From Mobula hypostoma (taxonomy: Eukaryota), in the NCBI RefSeq assembly GCF_963921235.1, contig NC_086101.1, positions 12,092,001 through 12,156,000 on the forward strand: 64,000 nt of DNA. Reading direction: 5' to 3'. A model generated the notes under the pieces. That model was not told where the DNA came from. It worked only from the letters and a program-made list of their open reading frames with translations, and searched no databases. Shown here piece by piece: positions 26,208-39,600 of the stretch. Position numbers and translations under genes: made by a program. How positions within the stretch are numbered: the first letter of the stretch is position 1; each line of letters begins with the position of its first letter.

Positions 26208-26610
26208 CAGGGCTGGCAAACCTATGGCATGTGTGCCCAAGATGGCATGCACAAAAATTTTGTTGGCATGAGGCATGCAGTGCCACCCCTCAATTCTTTA
26301 AATCCCACCCATTATGGAAAGAAGCACAATGATCATCTTTCCTGCCAAATGAAGCAGACAGTGATTTTTTACGGCCCGAGAGCAGTGAGATGTTTTCATG
26401 TGAAGTATCTCACACCGGCATGGTGCCAGCTGGACAGTTGCAAGAACACGTGACACTGGATGAAACACCTCACAGACCTGGGGTCCAGGGTACCTCACAG
26501 ACCTGGGGTCCACGGTACCTCACAGTCCTGGGGTCCACGGTATTGGCATAGCAAACCGTTACAATAACAATACTATTTACAAATGATGTTATTCTTCAAT
26601 TGTCTATTGT
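26208..26610 (+). mobile_element. hAT-like left-end fragment (related copy at ~58855-59460)
   Basis: Starts CAGGGCTGGCAAACCTATGGCATGTGTGCC; shares cacaaaaattttgttggca and tctcacaccggc with the second copy. Confidence 0.6.
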
Positions 26611-27952
26611 ATTTTGATGCTGTCCTCTGGTCCTGGATCCTCCACTATTGGAAACATCCTCTCCATGTCCATTCTATCCAGGCCTTTCAATATCCGATAG
26701 GCTTCACAGAGATCCTCCCTTCATCCAAACTCTAGCCATCAAACATGCCCCATATTATATGTAAACCCTTTTATTCCTGGAATCATTCTTGAAATCCTCC
26801 TCTGGGCCCTCTCCAATGCCAACACATCCTTTCTTAGATATTGGGTCCAAAACTGCTCACAATACTGTGTGGTCTGACTAATGTCTTATAAAGCTTCAAT
26901 GTTAAATTCTTACTCTTGTAGTCTGGTCCTCTGGAAATGAATCGATTTTCCTTCTGTGTACTACCTCAGTGGGCTGCGTAATGACTTGATCTGCATGAAC
27001 AAGTTAACTGTCCACTGTAAATTGTCCCTAGTGTGTAGTTGAATGGTCAAGGAATGGTGGGGGAGTTTATGGGAATGTGGGAAGAATAAAATGGGATTAA
27101 TATCGGATTAGACTAAACGAGTGATTGATGGCTGAATCGTCAGTTTCCTTGTTGTAAAAGCAAGGACGTAATATTGAGACTTTATAAAGCACAGGTGAGG
27201 TCTCACTTGGAGTATTGTGAACAGTTTTGGGCCCCTTATCTAAGAAAGGATGTGCTAACATTGGAGACGGTTCAAAGGAGATTCACAAAAATGATTCCAC
27301 GATTGAATAGCTTGTTGTATGAAGAGCGTTTGATGACTCTGGGCCTGTACTCACTGGGTTGAGAAGTATGAGGGGTGACCTCATTGAAATCTATTGAATG
27401 TTGAAAGGCCTCCATAGAGTGGATATGGAGAGGATGTTTCCTATGGTGGGGTAGTCCAAGACCAGAAGACACAGCCTCCGAATAGAGGGGTGTCCGTCCT
27501 TTTAGAACGGAGATGAGGAGGCATTCTTTAGCCAGAGAGTGGTGAGTCTGTGGAATCTGTTGCCACAGGCAGCTATGGAGGCCAAGTCCAGGTATATACA
27601 TGGCAGAGATTGATAGATTCTTGATTGGTCACGGAATGAAGGAATATGGGGGAAGGCAGGAAATTGGGCCTGAGAGGGAAAATGGATCAGCCATTATGAA
27701 CTGGCAGAGCAGACTCGATGGGTCAAGTAGCCTAATTCTGCTCCAATATCTTAAGGTCTGTCCCTCCCTCTGTAGGTTGTCCCCACTGTAAGGGGTGGCA
27801 AGAGTTTGGGGTGATGAGCCTGACCTGCACGTGAAGAGCAGAATGGGATTCGTGCAGATGGGTGCTTGAGGTTCAGCAAGTCCACAGTGGGCTGAGGACT
27901 CCACGAGAAGGCAGTGCCATCTCACCTCCTCTTCATCTGACAGGGTACCAAC

Positions 27953-28031
27953 CTGCCCACATCTCTGCCTGTCTCCCTGTCTCTCTCCTGTAGCTGAAGT
28001 CGAGCGAGTGCCTCCTTCCGGGCGCACAACC
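27953..28031 (-). CDS. CCHCR1: CCHCR1 coding exon (an alternative in-frame donor would extend it to 27926)
   Basis: gaccag acceptor, phase 1-2; GLCARKEALARLQLQERDRETGRDVG, resembling recalled GLIARKLALAQLRQE; donor choice is ambiguous. Confidence 0.8.
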
Positions 28032-29299
28032 CTGGTCAGAGCAAAGCAGGATTGTCACAAGCGGTGCCACAGTGCCAAAAGCCTCCACCCTCACTCCGGC
28101 ACAGACGCCACTGCTTCCCCTCTGTAGCCCACCCTCTCAGCCCCAGGAACTCCTGTTCCCTGCTGTGAGTTTGGGTGTCTAACAAAGAGCTGCAGAGAGC
28201 TGAGCAGCACAGGCAAGACCATCCACCAGCCCTCTCCAAGCCTTGTGACGGTCACAGCGGGCTGGTGGCAGGTGAGGTAAGAGGAGGTTAAAAGTTCAAA
28301 GTGAATCTATCATACCCTACCTTGAGATTCACCTGCTTACAGGCATTTACAGGGAAACTGAAATACAATAGTTTACAAAAATCTATATATGAAGAAAGAC
28401 TGACAAATAATAATACTGAGAATAAAACTAGAACCAGAGGTGATAGTGAAAGATGAAATACTGAAGGGGAACCGAAGGGGGATCTTCTTCACTCAGAGGG
28501 TGGTGACAGTGGAGGTGGTGGTTACAGGTTTGATTGCAGCTTTTAAGACAAGTTTGGATCAGTATATGGATGGGAGGGGTATAGGAGGTTATAGTCCGGG
28601 TACAGGTTGATGGGACTAGGCAGAGTAACAGTTTGGCATGGACTAGATGGGCCAAATGGCCTGTTTCAGAGTCATTGTGCTCTATGATTCTAGCATAAGT
28701 TGTAAAAACAGTCCTTGAAAGTGAGTCTGTAGGTCACAGAATCAGTTCAGAGTAGTGATAAGAAGTTACCCATGCTGTTAATCCATCAATGTGCAAAAAA
28801 AAAAGGACAATATGTGCAAATAACATATTAAATAAATAATACTGAGAACACAAGATGTAGAGTCCTTGAAAGAGTCAGTAGATTGTGGAATCAGTTGAGA
28901 ATTGTGGTGAGTGAAATTATCCATGCTGATTCAGGAGATTGATGTTTGTAGGGTATTAAACGTTCCTGAATGTGTTGGTGGGGGACTTGAGGATCCTGTA
29001 CCTCTTCCCGATAGTAGTAGCAAGAAGAGAGCACAGCCTGGATGGGGGGGGGGGGGGTCCGAGATGATGGATGCTGCTTTCTCCTGGCAGCGTGGATGCT
29101 GCTTTCTCCTGGCAGCGCTCCTTGTAAACGTACGCAATGGTTAGCTCGCGTCTGCCCTCTTGTGCGCCCAGACATGCCCTCACAAAAATCTTGGAGGTTG
29201 ACGCTGGTGTCCTCGGCAAGCTAGTCACCCGGCAATCCTGCCCGCACTTCCTGAGAAAGCCCTACGGGAATCTGAGAGGATCCGGTGGATTTTGCTCAC

Positions 29300-29412
29300 C
29301 GTGAATGGTGTCAATCCGCTTGTTGGCGAAGGTCACCCTCTGGCTCAGGTTCACCAGCTGACACAAGGCTGTCTTCAGCTCCGCCTCCTGCTCCAGGAAC
29401 CTCTGGTAGAAA
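29300..29412 (-). CDS. CCHCR1: CCHCR1 coding exon
   Basis: ctttag/gtgagc, 113 bp, phase 2-1; FYQRFLEQEAELKTALCQLVNLSQRVTFANKRIDTIH. Confidence 0.9.
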
Positions 29413-30809
29413 CTAAAGAACAGGGGGGTGGTGAGGGTAAAAAGTGAGTTAATGCTGCAAGTTTATTTGTGGAAACTGAGGCCATTCCAAACGCTGCTGC
29501 CTGTTTCTTATCCTGCAGCAAATCACCCTCATGTTCACTGTCTCTCAGTTCAAAGTAAATTTGTTATCTAAGTACAAATACTGTATGTTGGTATATACAA
29601 CCCTGACATTCATTTCCCTCTGGGCATACTCAATAAAAATATAGAATAATAAACATGGAAGACCACTCAACTTAGGTGTTCTTCCAGAGTGCAGAAGACA
29701 ACAAACTGTGCAAGTACAAAGAGAAAGAAATAATGATAAATAAATAAGCAATACATATTGAGTAGTTGGATTCTGGTCTCTCCATATCGTAATCTCTTCT
29801 ACCCATCTTAGCAACCTTATCAACTTCCGCGGAACAGACTGAACTGAAGGATCTTGAGGTCCACGTCCATCGATCTCTCAAATTTACCGCACAAGTTGAT
29901 ACAGTTGTTAAGAAGGTGCATATTGTGTTGGTCTTCAGTAGTCAGGAATTGAGTTCAAGAGCTGCGACATATTGTTGCAGTTCTATAAAACCCCGGTTAA
30001 GGGTCCACGTCCATTGATCTTTCAAAGTTGCAGGACAAGTGAAAAGAGTTCCCAGCGATGCCCAGACTGAATTCTTGCAGCACTTGGTGCGGATGAATGA
30101 GAATTGGATAAGGTACATTCGGGCGCCCTCTGCTGGGATGTAATATTCGTGCAGGGAAGTAAGCAGTGAGTTAGAAGTGCCATCCTACTGTTCGACTGCC
30201 AATCAATCAGAATTAAAACCAGGTTTATTATCACTTACATACCGTACTGTGCAGGGAGAGGAGAAGGTGGGGGAAGCAAAAGTCAGGCCCTCCAGCATGG
30301 AAACAGGCTCTTAAGCCAACTTGTCCATGTCACATGAAGCCCCATTTACTCTCAGTTGGCCCGTATCCTTATAACTCTTTCAATATATGTTGTTATTGTG
30401 CCTGCTTCAAATATTTCCTCTGGCAGCTCATTCCATACAAGCACCACACCCTGGGCAGAGATGTTCCCTCCGGACTCTTTTAACTCTTTTCCCTCTCAAC
30501 TTAAACCTAAGTCCTCTTTTTTTGTTACTTTTCCCTGGAGAAAAAAAGATTGCATGCATTCACACTATCTATGCTCCTGATGATTTTATACCCCCTCAGT
30601 GTCTTACACTCCAAGGAATAAAGACCATAAGATATAGGAGCAGAATTAGGCCATTTGGCCCATTGAGTCTTCTCTGTCATCTCATCATGGCTGATCCAAT
30701 TTTCCGCTCAGCCCCAATCTCCTGCCTTCTCTCCATACCCCTTCATGCCCTGATCAATCAAAAATCTATCAACCTCTGCCTTAAGTATACATAAAGACGG
30801 ATTCCACAG

Positions 30810-31160
30810 AATCACTAGTAGTAGGCAGCAGTTGATCCCAGGGGATCATGGGTTTGCTCCTCTGGTGGACTGTGTCCTCTCCAGGGTGCAAGCCTGGGCA
30901 GGAAGATTTGAAGAACTGGCTGTCTCCCATTTGAAGAACTAGTAGGTTCCCCCTCTCCACGTCACTGATGTAGACCAAGGGAAGGGCAAGCGATGATACA
31001 GCTTGGCACCAGTGTCGTCGCAGAGGTTGCCAGAGTGAAGTTGTAAACAACATCAAACTGCCTTAGGGACCCCAACTCCGGATTTCTTCCTTGGGGTTTT
31101 ACTCCTGAAGCCGTTCCCATGGGTGGGTATGGCCGCAAGGCAGCAGAGGTTTAAAATGAG
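30810..31160 (-). mobile_element. RTE-derived short element (RTE 5' UTR-like; related piece at 49005-49190)
   Basis: Interrupts a CR1 3' region; minus-strand aaacctctgctgccttgcggccataccc resembles recalled RTE 5' UTRs. Confidence 0.5.
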
Positions 31161-33557
31161 AGTCTTCCTTCTCTACAGAATGACTACACTCTGGCTAGAG
31201 AAATTCCTCGTCACCTCTGTTCTAAAAAGATGCCCCTCTTTTCTGAGGCTCTGTTCTCTGGTCTTTGACTCTCCCACTGTAGGGATCATCCTCTCCACAT
31301 CCCCTCTATCAAGTCCTTTCACCATTCCACAGCTTTCAATGAAGTCATCCCTCATTCTTCTGAATTCTAGGTAGTACAAACCCAGAGCCATCAAATGGTC
31401 TTCATATGACAACCTTTCAATTCTGGAATCATTTTCATGAACCTCCTTTGAACCCTCTCCAGTTTCAGCACATCCTTTCTAAGATTAGGGGCCCAAACCT
31501 GGTCCCAATACTCTTAATGAGGCCTCACCAGTGCTTTATAAAGTTTCAACATTATATCCTTGCTTTTATATTCTAGTCCTCTTGAAATGAAAGCTACATT
31601 AAATTTGTCTTCCTCACCCCACATTCAACCTGCAAATTAACCTTTAGGGAATCCTGCACAAGGACTCCCAAGCAACACACACAAAATGCTGTAGGGTCTT
31701 GGCCCGAAAATGTTGACTATACTCTTTTCCATAAATGTTGCCTGGCCTGCTGAGTTCCTCCAACACTTTGTGTGTGTTACTTGGATTTCCAGCATTTGCA
31801 GATTTTCTCTTGTTTGTGCCAGGATTCCCAAGTCGCTTTGCACCTCAGTTTTTTGTATTTTCTCTCCATTTAGAAAATAGTCAACTCTTTCATTTCTTCC
31901 ACCACTTCCTGACACTGTATTCCATCTGTCATTTCTTTGCCCATTCTCCTAATCTAAGTCCTTCTGTAGCGCCTCTACTTCCTCAAAACTACCTGCCCCT
32001 CCACCTATCTTCATATCGTCTGCAAACATTGCAACAAAGCCATCAATTCCATCATCAAATCATCGACATATAATGTAAAAATAATCGGTCCCAACACAGA
32101 CCACTGTGGAACACCACTAGCCACTGGCAGCCAGCCAGAAAAGGTTCCCTTTATTCCTACTCTTTGCTTCCTGCCAATCAGCCAATGCTTTGTCCATGCT
32201 AGAATCTTTACTGTAATAATTTGGGCTCGTAGCTTGTTGAACAGCCTCATGCATAGCACCTTGTCTAAGATCTTCTGAAAATTCAAGTACACAACATCAA
32301 CCAATTCTCCCTTGTCTATGCTGCTTGATATTTCTTCAAAGAATTCCAACAGATTTGCCAGGCAAGATTTTCCCTTGAGGAAACCATGCTGAGTGCAATC
32401 TATTTTAACATGTGCTTCCAGGTACCCTGAGAACTCATCCTTAATAATCGATTTCAACATCTTCTGAACCACTGACTGGCCTATAGTTTCTCTTCTTCTA
32501 CTTCTCTCCCTTCTTGAACAGTGGAGTGATGTTCGCAATTTTCCAGTCTTCCTGAACCATGTCAGCATCTAGTGATTCTTGAAAGATCATTACTAATGCC
32601 TCCACGATCTCTTCAGCCACCTCTTTCAGAACCCTGGAGTGTACACCTTCTCGTCCAGGTGACTTATCTACCTTCAGCCCTTTCAATTTCCCCAAGAACC
32701 TTCAGTCTAGTTATAGTAACTTCACACACTTCATGACCCCTATCAACTAGAACTTCCACCACAATGCTGTTGTCTTCCACAGTGAAGACTATGCAAAATA
32801 CTTATTTAGTTCATCTGCCATTTCCTTGTCCCCCATTACTACCTCTCCAGTATCGTTATCCAGTGGTCCAAATTCCACTCTTGTCTCTCTTTTACACCTT
32901 ATGTATCTGAAGAAACTTTTGGCATCCTCTTTAATATTACTGGCTAGCTTACTTATGTATTCCATCTTTACCTTCATAATGACTTCTTAGTTGCCTCGTG
33001 TTGGTTTTTAAAATCTTCTCAATCCTCTAACATCCCTCTATTTTTTGCTCTATTATGTGCCCTCTCTTTGGCTTTTATGCTGGCTTTGACTTCTGTTGTT
33101 AGCCACGGTTGTGTCATCTTTCCTTCAGAATACTTCTTCCTCTTTGGGATGTATGTATGCTGTGCCTTCTGAATTGGCTCCAGAAATTCCAGCCATTGCT
33201 GCTCTGCCATCACCCCTGCCAGTGTTCTTTTCCAGTCAATTCTGGCCAACTCCTCTCTCATGCCTCTGTAATTCCCTCTACTCCACTGTAATACTGATAC
33301 ATCTGACTTTAGCTTCTCCTTCTCAAATTTCAGGGTGAATTCTATCATATTATAGATATGATAGAATTATATATAACATATATAATAGGTATACATTATA
33401 ACATATCATATTATGATCACTTGCCCCAAGAGTTCTTTTACTTTAAGCTCTCTAATCAATTCTAATTTATTGCACAACTCCCAGTCCAGAATAGCTGATC
33501 CTCTAGTGGGCCTAACTTTGAGCTGCTCTAAAAAAAAATCTTGTAGGCAATCTGGAA

Positions 33558-34289
33558 CAGCGGTCCCCAACCACCGGGCCGCGAGGAAACAATATGAATC
33601 AGCTGTACCTTTTTTCATTCCCTGTCACGCACTGTTGAACTTGAACATAGGGTTGCCAACTGTCCCGTATTTGCTGGGACATCCCGTATATTGGGCTATA
33701 TTTGTCCCATACGGGACCACCCTTGTCCCGTATTTCCCCCACTAAGGTAGAGCATTCCTATGAAACCTTTCGTGCTGAAGTGGTGTAAAGTGAAGAAGCA
33801 ATTACCATTAATTCATATGGGAAAAATTTTTGAGCGTTCCCAGACCCAAAAAATAACCTAACAAATCATACCAAGTAATACATAAAACCGAAAATAACAC
33901 TAACATATAGTAAAGCCAGGAATGATTAGATAAATACACAGCTTATATAAAGTAGAAATAATGTATGTATAGTCGGGAAGATGAAGGCAAAACTGATTTG
34001 TGGGGGGCAAAAAAATCGGCACGTATGCGCATGCACACACAGGTGGCCGTGCAAGGCTTCATGGTCATGGTAGTCTTTCCTGGGGTAAAGTGTCCCGGGA
34101 TTTGACTGCTACTTTTGTCCCTTATTTGGGAGTGAGAAAGTTGGCAACCCTAACTGTAAAGACATGTTGAGGTGAGCTTAACCCTACTTGAACACCACCC
34201 CCGCGCACCTGCCCCCCCAGTCGACCGGTCCGCAAGAATATTGTCAATATTAAACCGGTCCGCGGTGCAAAAAAGTTTGGGGACCCCTG
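33558..34289. mobile_element. hAT (Charlie/MER1-like) MITE containing a nested second hAT
   Basis: TIRs CAGCGGTCCCCAA / TTGGGGACCCCTG; imperfect 8-bp TSD ATCTGGAA/CTCTAGAA. Confidence 0.82.
33648..34186. mobile_element. Nested hAT-type MITE with TAGGGTTGCCAACT TIRs
   Basis: 14-bp TIRs at 33648 and ending 34152; perfect 8-bp TSD CTTGAACA at 33640-33647 and 34187-34194. Confidence 0.82.
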
Positions 34290-35216
34290 CTCTAGAAACT
34301 CCCCTCCTGTGATCCAGCACCAACCTGATTTTCCTTGCATATTGAAGTCTCTCATGATGATTGTAACCTTGCCCTTTTGGCACGCATTTTCTATTTCCCA
34401 TTGTAATTTATAGGCCACATTCTTATGAAACACCCTGGTTTCCTTGGCTGCGTAAGCCTAGGGAAAACACTCTCAAGTTCCGCCAAACTCATGAGATTGA
34501 GATGGCTCGTCCCACCCCAAACCCCAGTTTGTGTTGATGCTGAGTAATTTGTTACAAATTAGTGCCACAAAATAACAGACACTGCACTGTATACAATTAA
34601 AGAAATTATATTTATGAATCTTAACTAAAGGGTTGGTTAAGAATAAGTCCCTTCCTCTCCAAATTTCCGATGTCCAGACTGGCCGCTGGTCAAAGCTCTT
34701 TTTTTTTTTTTGCAAGTCCTAGCCTTCCCAACTTTTCCCTGTAACTCAAGCCCATGAGCCCTGGCAACATCCTCATAAATCTTCTTTGCACTCCTTTCAA
34801 CTTCATGAGGTTTTCCCTACAATAGGGTGACCAAACCTATACAGTACACAATACTCCAAGTGCAGCCTCACCAACATCTTCTACAACATAACGTCCAATT
34901 CCTGAACTCAGTGCCCTGACTGATGATGGCCTGTGTGCTAAAACCCTCCCTATGTACCTGTGCTGTCACTCTCAGGGAACTATGGACTTGTACCTCTAGG
35001 TCCTGTTCTACAACACTCCCCAAGGTCCTGCTATTCAATGTTAAAGCCCTCTCCTGGCTGGTTTGACTTGCCAAAGTGCAACACCTCACACTTATTCGAA
35101 TGGCATTTGCCAGATGTGCTGGCAGTGCACATATTAAACCCTGCAAACAGCAAAACGTTAGCTTATCAATCTAACAGGATGCTGCTCAATCTAATCTAAT
35201 CTGTCACACCACCTAC

Positions 35217-35323
35217 CTGCTCATTTGCTCTTGGATGTGGTGTAGGGCATCGTCAGCTCGGTTTGCCATCTCCTGAAACCGAACCACACTATTCTGAGCA
35301 TCAGCCAGCTCATCTCTGAGGGA
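35217..35323 (-). CDS. CCHCR1: CCHCR1 coding exon
   Basis: ttgcag/gtaggt, 107 bp, phase 0-2; SLRDELADAQNSVVRFQEMANRADDALHHIQEQMS; not shown in the ORF track. Confidence 0.88.
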
Positions 35324-36600
35324 CTGCAAGGGAAAACAGATGAAAACCTACCTTAGGGAGTCATTGAGTAATTCAGCATGGATATAGGCCCGTCGGCCCA
35401 ACTCACCCATGCCAGCCAAGGATGATTACGCCGAGGGTGTTGGTACAGCTGTGAATGTTGTCTACATGGATTTTGGGAAGATGTTTGACAAGGTGCCTTG
35501 TGGCAGGCTCATTCAGAAGATTAAGATGCATGGGATCCATGGTGAATTGGCCTTTTGGATTCAGAATTGGCTTGCCTATCGAAGACACAAGGTAGTGGTT
35601 GAAGGGACTCATTCTAGCTGGAGATCTGCAATTAGTTGTGTATTGGGAATGTGTAAAGAGATCTGTGCTGGGACTTCCGCTGCTTATCACGTATATGAGT
35701 GACCTAGGTGGGTGGATTAGTCACTTTGCAGATGATATGAAGATTGGTGGTGTTGGGATAGTGTAGACAACAGGCAAAGAATACAGTGGGACATAGATCA
35801 GTCAGAGATATGGGCTGAGGTACGGCATATGGAGTTTAACCTGACCAAATGCGAACAGTAGGTCAAATGTAGAGACAGCACACTTCTAAAGGCAGGACCC
35901 TTAACAGTATTGATTAGCAGATGGATCTTGGGTCTAAATTCATAGCTCCCTGAAAGTGACTACACAGGTTGATAGGGTGGTTAACAAAATGTATGGCATG
36001 CTTGTCGAGGCACCGAGTTCAAAAGTCAAGAAGTTATGTTGCAGCTTTATAAAACTCCAGTTCGGCCGCATCTGGAGTACTGCATGCAGTTCTATTATAG
36101 AAAGGATATTGAGGCTTTGTAGAGGATGCAGAAGAGGTATACCAGGATGCTGCCTGGATTAGACATTAGACAGCATGCATTATAACAAAATGTTGGACAA
36201 ACTTGGGTTGTTTTCTCTGGAGAAGCAGAGGCTGAGGGGAGATCTGAGAGATTAATAAGATTGTGAAAGACTAGAGTAGGCAAACAGCATCTTTTTCCAA
36301 GGAGCATGCAGTTAAGGTAAGAGTGAGTAATTTCAAAGGAGGCCCGAGGGCAAGTTTTTGTTTTTTAGCACAGGTGCCTGGAATGTGCTCTCTGGGATGG
36401 TGGTAGAGGCAGACACATCGGGGACTTTTAAGAGACATTCAGACAGGCACATGAATGTGAGGAAAATGGAAGACATGGACATTGTGCAGGCAGAGGGGAT
36501 TAGTTTAGTTGGCCACATCAAAGTTGCTGGTGAACGCAGCAGGCCAGGCAGCATCTCTAGGAAGAGGTACAGTTGACGTTTCGGGCCGAGACCCTTTGTC

Positions 36601-39600
36601 GAAGAAGGAAGTCTGAGAATCGGAGCGGGAGTGCAAGGAAGCCATTTTTGAATTTTTCATGCTTTTTTCCGTCGGCGTTCAGAGAGGCGGGACTGCGCAG
36701 GCGTGTGACGTTGGGCAGTGAAGCGCAGATTTAAAAGGAACAGAGCCTCATACAGCAGGCAGCGTAGTTTGCGGGCGGCGGAGTGAGCCGGAAGCAGAGT
36801 GAAGGCTTAAGGGCTTCGGCTCAACGGGCTTAGGCGGAAACGGGCGAGGCGAGGAAGGTTTGAAATTCATGGTTTGTTGTTATTTGAGGAGAGGGGCAGT
36901 ATGAGTGTGAGTGCAGTTTGTTGTTCTCGGTGCCGGATGTGGGAGGCCCTGGAGTCTCCAAGCCTCCCAGACGTCCACATCTGCGCCAGGTGCACCGAGA
37001 TGCAGCTCCTAAGGGACCGCGTTAGGGAACTGGAGCTGCAGCTCGATGACCTTCGTCTGGTCAGGGAGAGTGAGGAGTTGATAGAGAGGAGTTACAGGCA
37101 GGTGGTCACACCGGGGCCATGGGAGGCAGACAGGTGGGTCATGGTTAGGAGGGGGAAGGGGAAGAGTTAGGTAATAGAGAGTACCCCGGTGGCTGTTCCC
37201 CTTGACAATAGGTACTCCTGTTTGAGTACTGTTGCGGGGGACAGCTTACCTGGGGGAAGTGACAGTGGCCGTGCCTCTGGCACAGAGTCTGGCCCTGTAG
37301 CTCAGAAGGGTAGGGAGAGGAAGAGGAGGGCAGTTGTAATAGGGGACTCGATAGTAAGGGGGTCAGACAGGCGATTCTGTGGACGCATTCCAGAGACCCG
37401 GATGGCAGTTTGCCTCCCTGGTGCCAGGGTCTGGGATATTTCTGATCGTGACCAAGATATCCTGAAGCGGGAGGGTGAGGAGCCAGAGGTCGTGGTACCT
37501 ATAGGTACCAATGACATGGGTAGGAAAAGGGAAGAGGTCCTGAAAGGAGAATATAGGGAGTTAGAAAGGGAGTTGAGAAAAAGGACCGCAAAGGTAGTAA
37601 TCTCGGGATTACTGCCTGTGCCACGCGACCATGAGAGTAGGAATGCAATGAGGTGGAGGATAAATGCGTGGCTGGGGGATTGGAGCAGGGGGCAGAGATT
37701 CAAGTTTTTGGATCATTGGGACCTCTTTTGGCGCAGGCGTGACCTGTACAAAAAGGACGGGTTACACTTGAATCCTAGGGGTACCAATATCCTGGCGGGG
37801 AGATTTGCGAGGGCTACTGAGGTGACTTTAAACTAGAATGGTTGGGGGTGGGAATAAAATTAAAGAGACTAGGAGAGAGGAGGTTAGTTTACAACAGGGG
37901 GATGGGAACCAGTGCAGAGGGACAGAGGGGTGTAAAATGAGTGTAGAAGCAAAAAGTAGTAAGGTGAAAAGTAAAAGTGGCAGGCTGGCAAATCCAGGGC
38001 AAAAATCAAAAAGGGCCACTTTTCAACATAATTGTATAAGGGCTAAGAGTGTTGTAAAAGCGAGCCTGAAGGGTTTGTGTGTCAATGCAAGGAGCATTCG
38101 TAACAAGGTGGATGAATTAAAAGTGCAGATTGTTATTAATGAATATGATATAGTTGGGATCACAGAGACATGGCTCCAGGGTGACCAAGGATGAGAGCTC
38201 AACATTCAGGGATATTCAATATTCAGGAGGGATAGACATGAAAGAAAAGGAGGTGGGGTAGCATTGCTGGTTAGAGAGGAGATTAACGCAATAGAAAGGA
38301 AGGACATTAGCCGGGAGGATGTGGAATCGATATGGGTAGAGCTGCATAACACTAAGGGGCAGAAAACGCTGGTGGGAGTTGTGTACAGGCCACCTAACAG
38401 TAGTAGTGAGGTTGGGGATGGTATTAAACAGGAAATTATAAATGTGTGCAATAAAGGAACAGCAGTTATAATGGGTGACTTCCATCTACATATAGATTGG
38501 GTGAACCAAATTGGTAAGGGTGCTGAGGAAGAGGATTTCTTGGAATGTATGCAGGATGGTTTTTTGAACCAACATGTCGAGGAACCAACGAGAGAGCAGG
38601 CTATTCTAGACTGGGCACTGAGCAATGAGGAAGGGTTAATTAGCAATCTAGTCGTGAGAGGCCCTTTGGGTAAGAGTGACCATAATATGGTGGAGTTCTT
38701 CATTTAAGATGGAGAGTGACATAGTTAATTCAGAAACAAAGGTTCTGAACTTAAGGAAGGGTAACTTTGAAGGTATGAGACGTGAATTAGCTAAGATAGA
38801 CTGGCAAATGACACGTAAAGGGTTGACAGTGGATATGCAATGGCAAGCATTTAAAGATCGCATGGATGAAATACAACAATTGTTCATCCCAGTTTGGCAA
38901 AAGAATAAATCAAGGAAGGTAGTGCACCCGTGGCTGACAAGGGAAATTAGGGATAGTATCAATTCCAAAGAAGAAGCATACAAATTAGCCAGAGAAAGTG
39001 GCTCACCTGAGGACAGGGAGAAATTCAGAGTTCAGCAGAGGAGGACAAAGGGCTTAATAAAGAAGGGGAAAAAAGATTATGACAGAAAACTGGCAGGGAA
39101 CATAAAAACTGACTGTAAAAGCTTTTATAGATATGTGAAAAGAAAAAGATTGGTCAAGACAAATGTAGGTCCCTTACGGTCAGAAACAGGTGAATTGATT
39201 ATGGGGAGCAAGGACATGGCAGACCAATTGAATAATTACTTTGGTTCTGTCTTCACTAAGGAGGACATAAATAATCTTCAGGAAATAGTAGGGGACAGAG
39301 GGTCCAGTGAGATGGAGGAACTGAGGGAAATACATGTTAGTAGGGAAGTGTTGTTAGGTAAATTGAAGGGATTAAAGGCAGATAAATCCCCAGGGCAGAT
39401 GGTCTGCATCTCAGAGTGCTTAAGGAAGTAGCCCAAGAAATAGTGGATGCATTAGAGATAATTTTTCAAAACTCTTTAGATTCTGGATTAGTTCCTGAGG
39501 ATTGGAGGGTGGCTAATGTAACCCCACTTTTTAAAAAAGGAGGGAGAGAGAAACTGGGGAATTATAGACCGGTTAGCCTGACATCGGTGGTGGGGAAAAT

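Larger units (their letters stand above)
30620..34420 (-). mobile_element. Older CR1 ORF2 copy carrying several nested insertions
   Basis: Fragmented endonuclease and RT ORFs (HGFLKGKSCL, GVPQWSVLGP), interrupted at 30810-31160, 31673-31820 and 33558-34289. Confidence 0.8.

Noticed and set aside
37189..37836. Host SGNH/GDSL lipase gene
   Set aside because: It is the esterase domain of CR1 ORF1, within the LINE boundaries.
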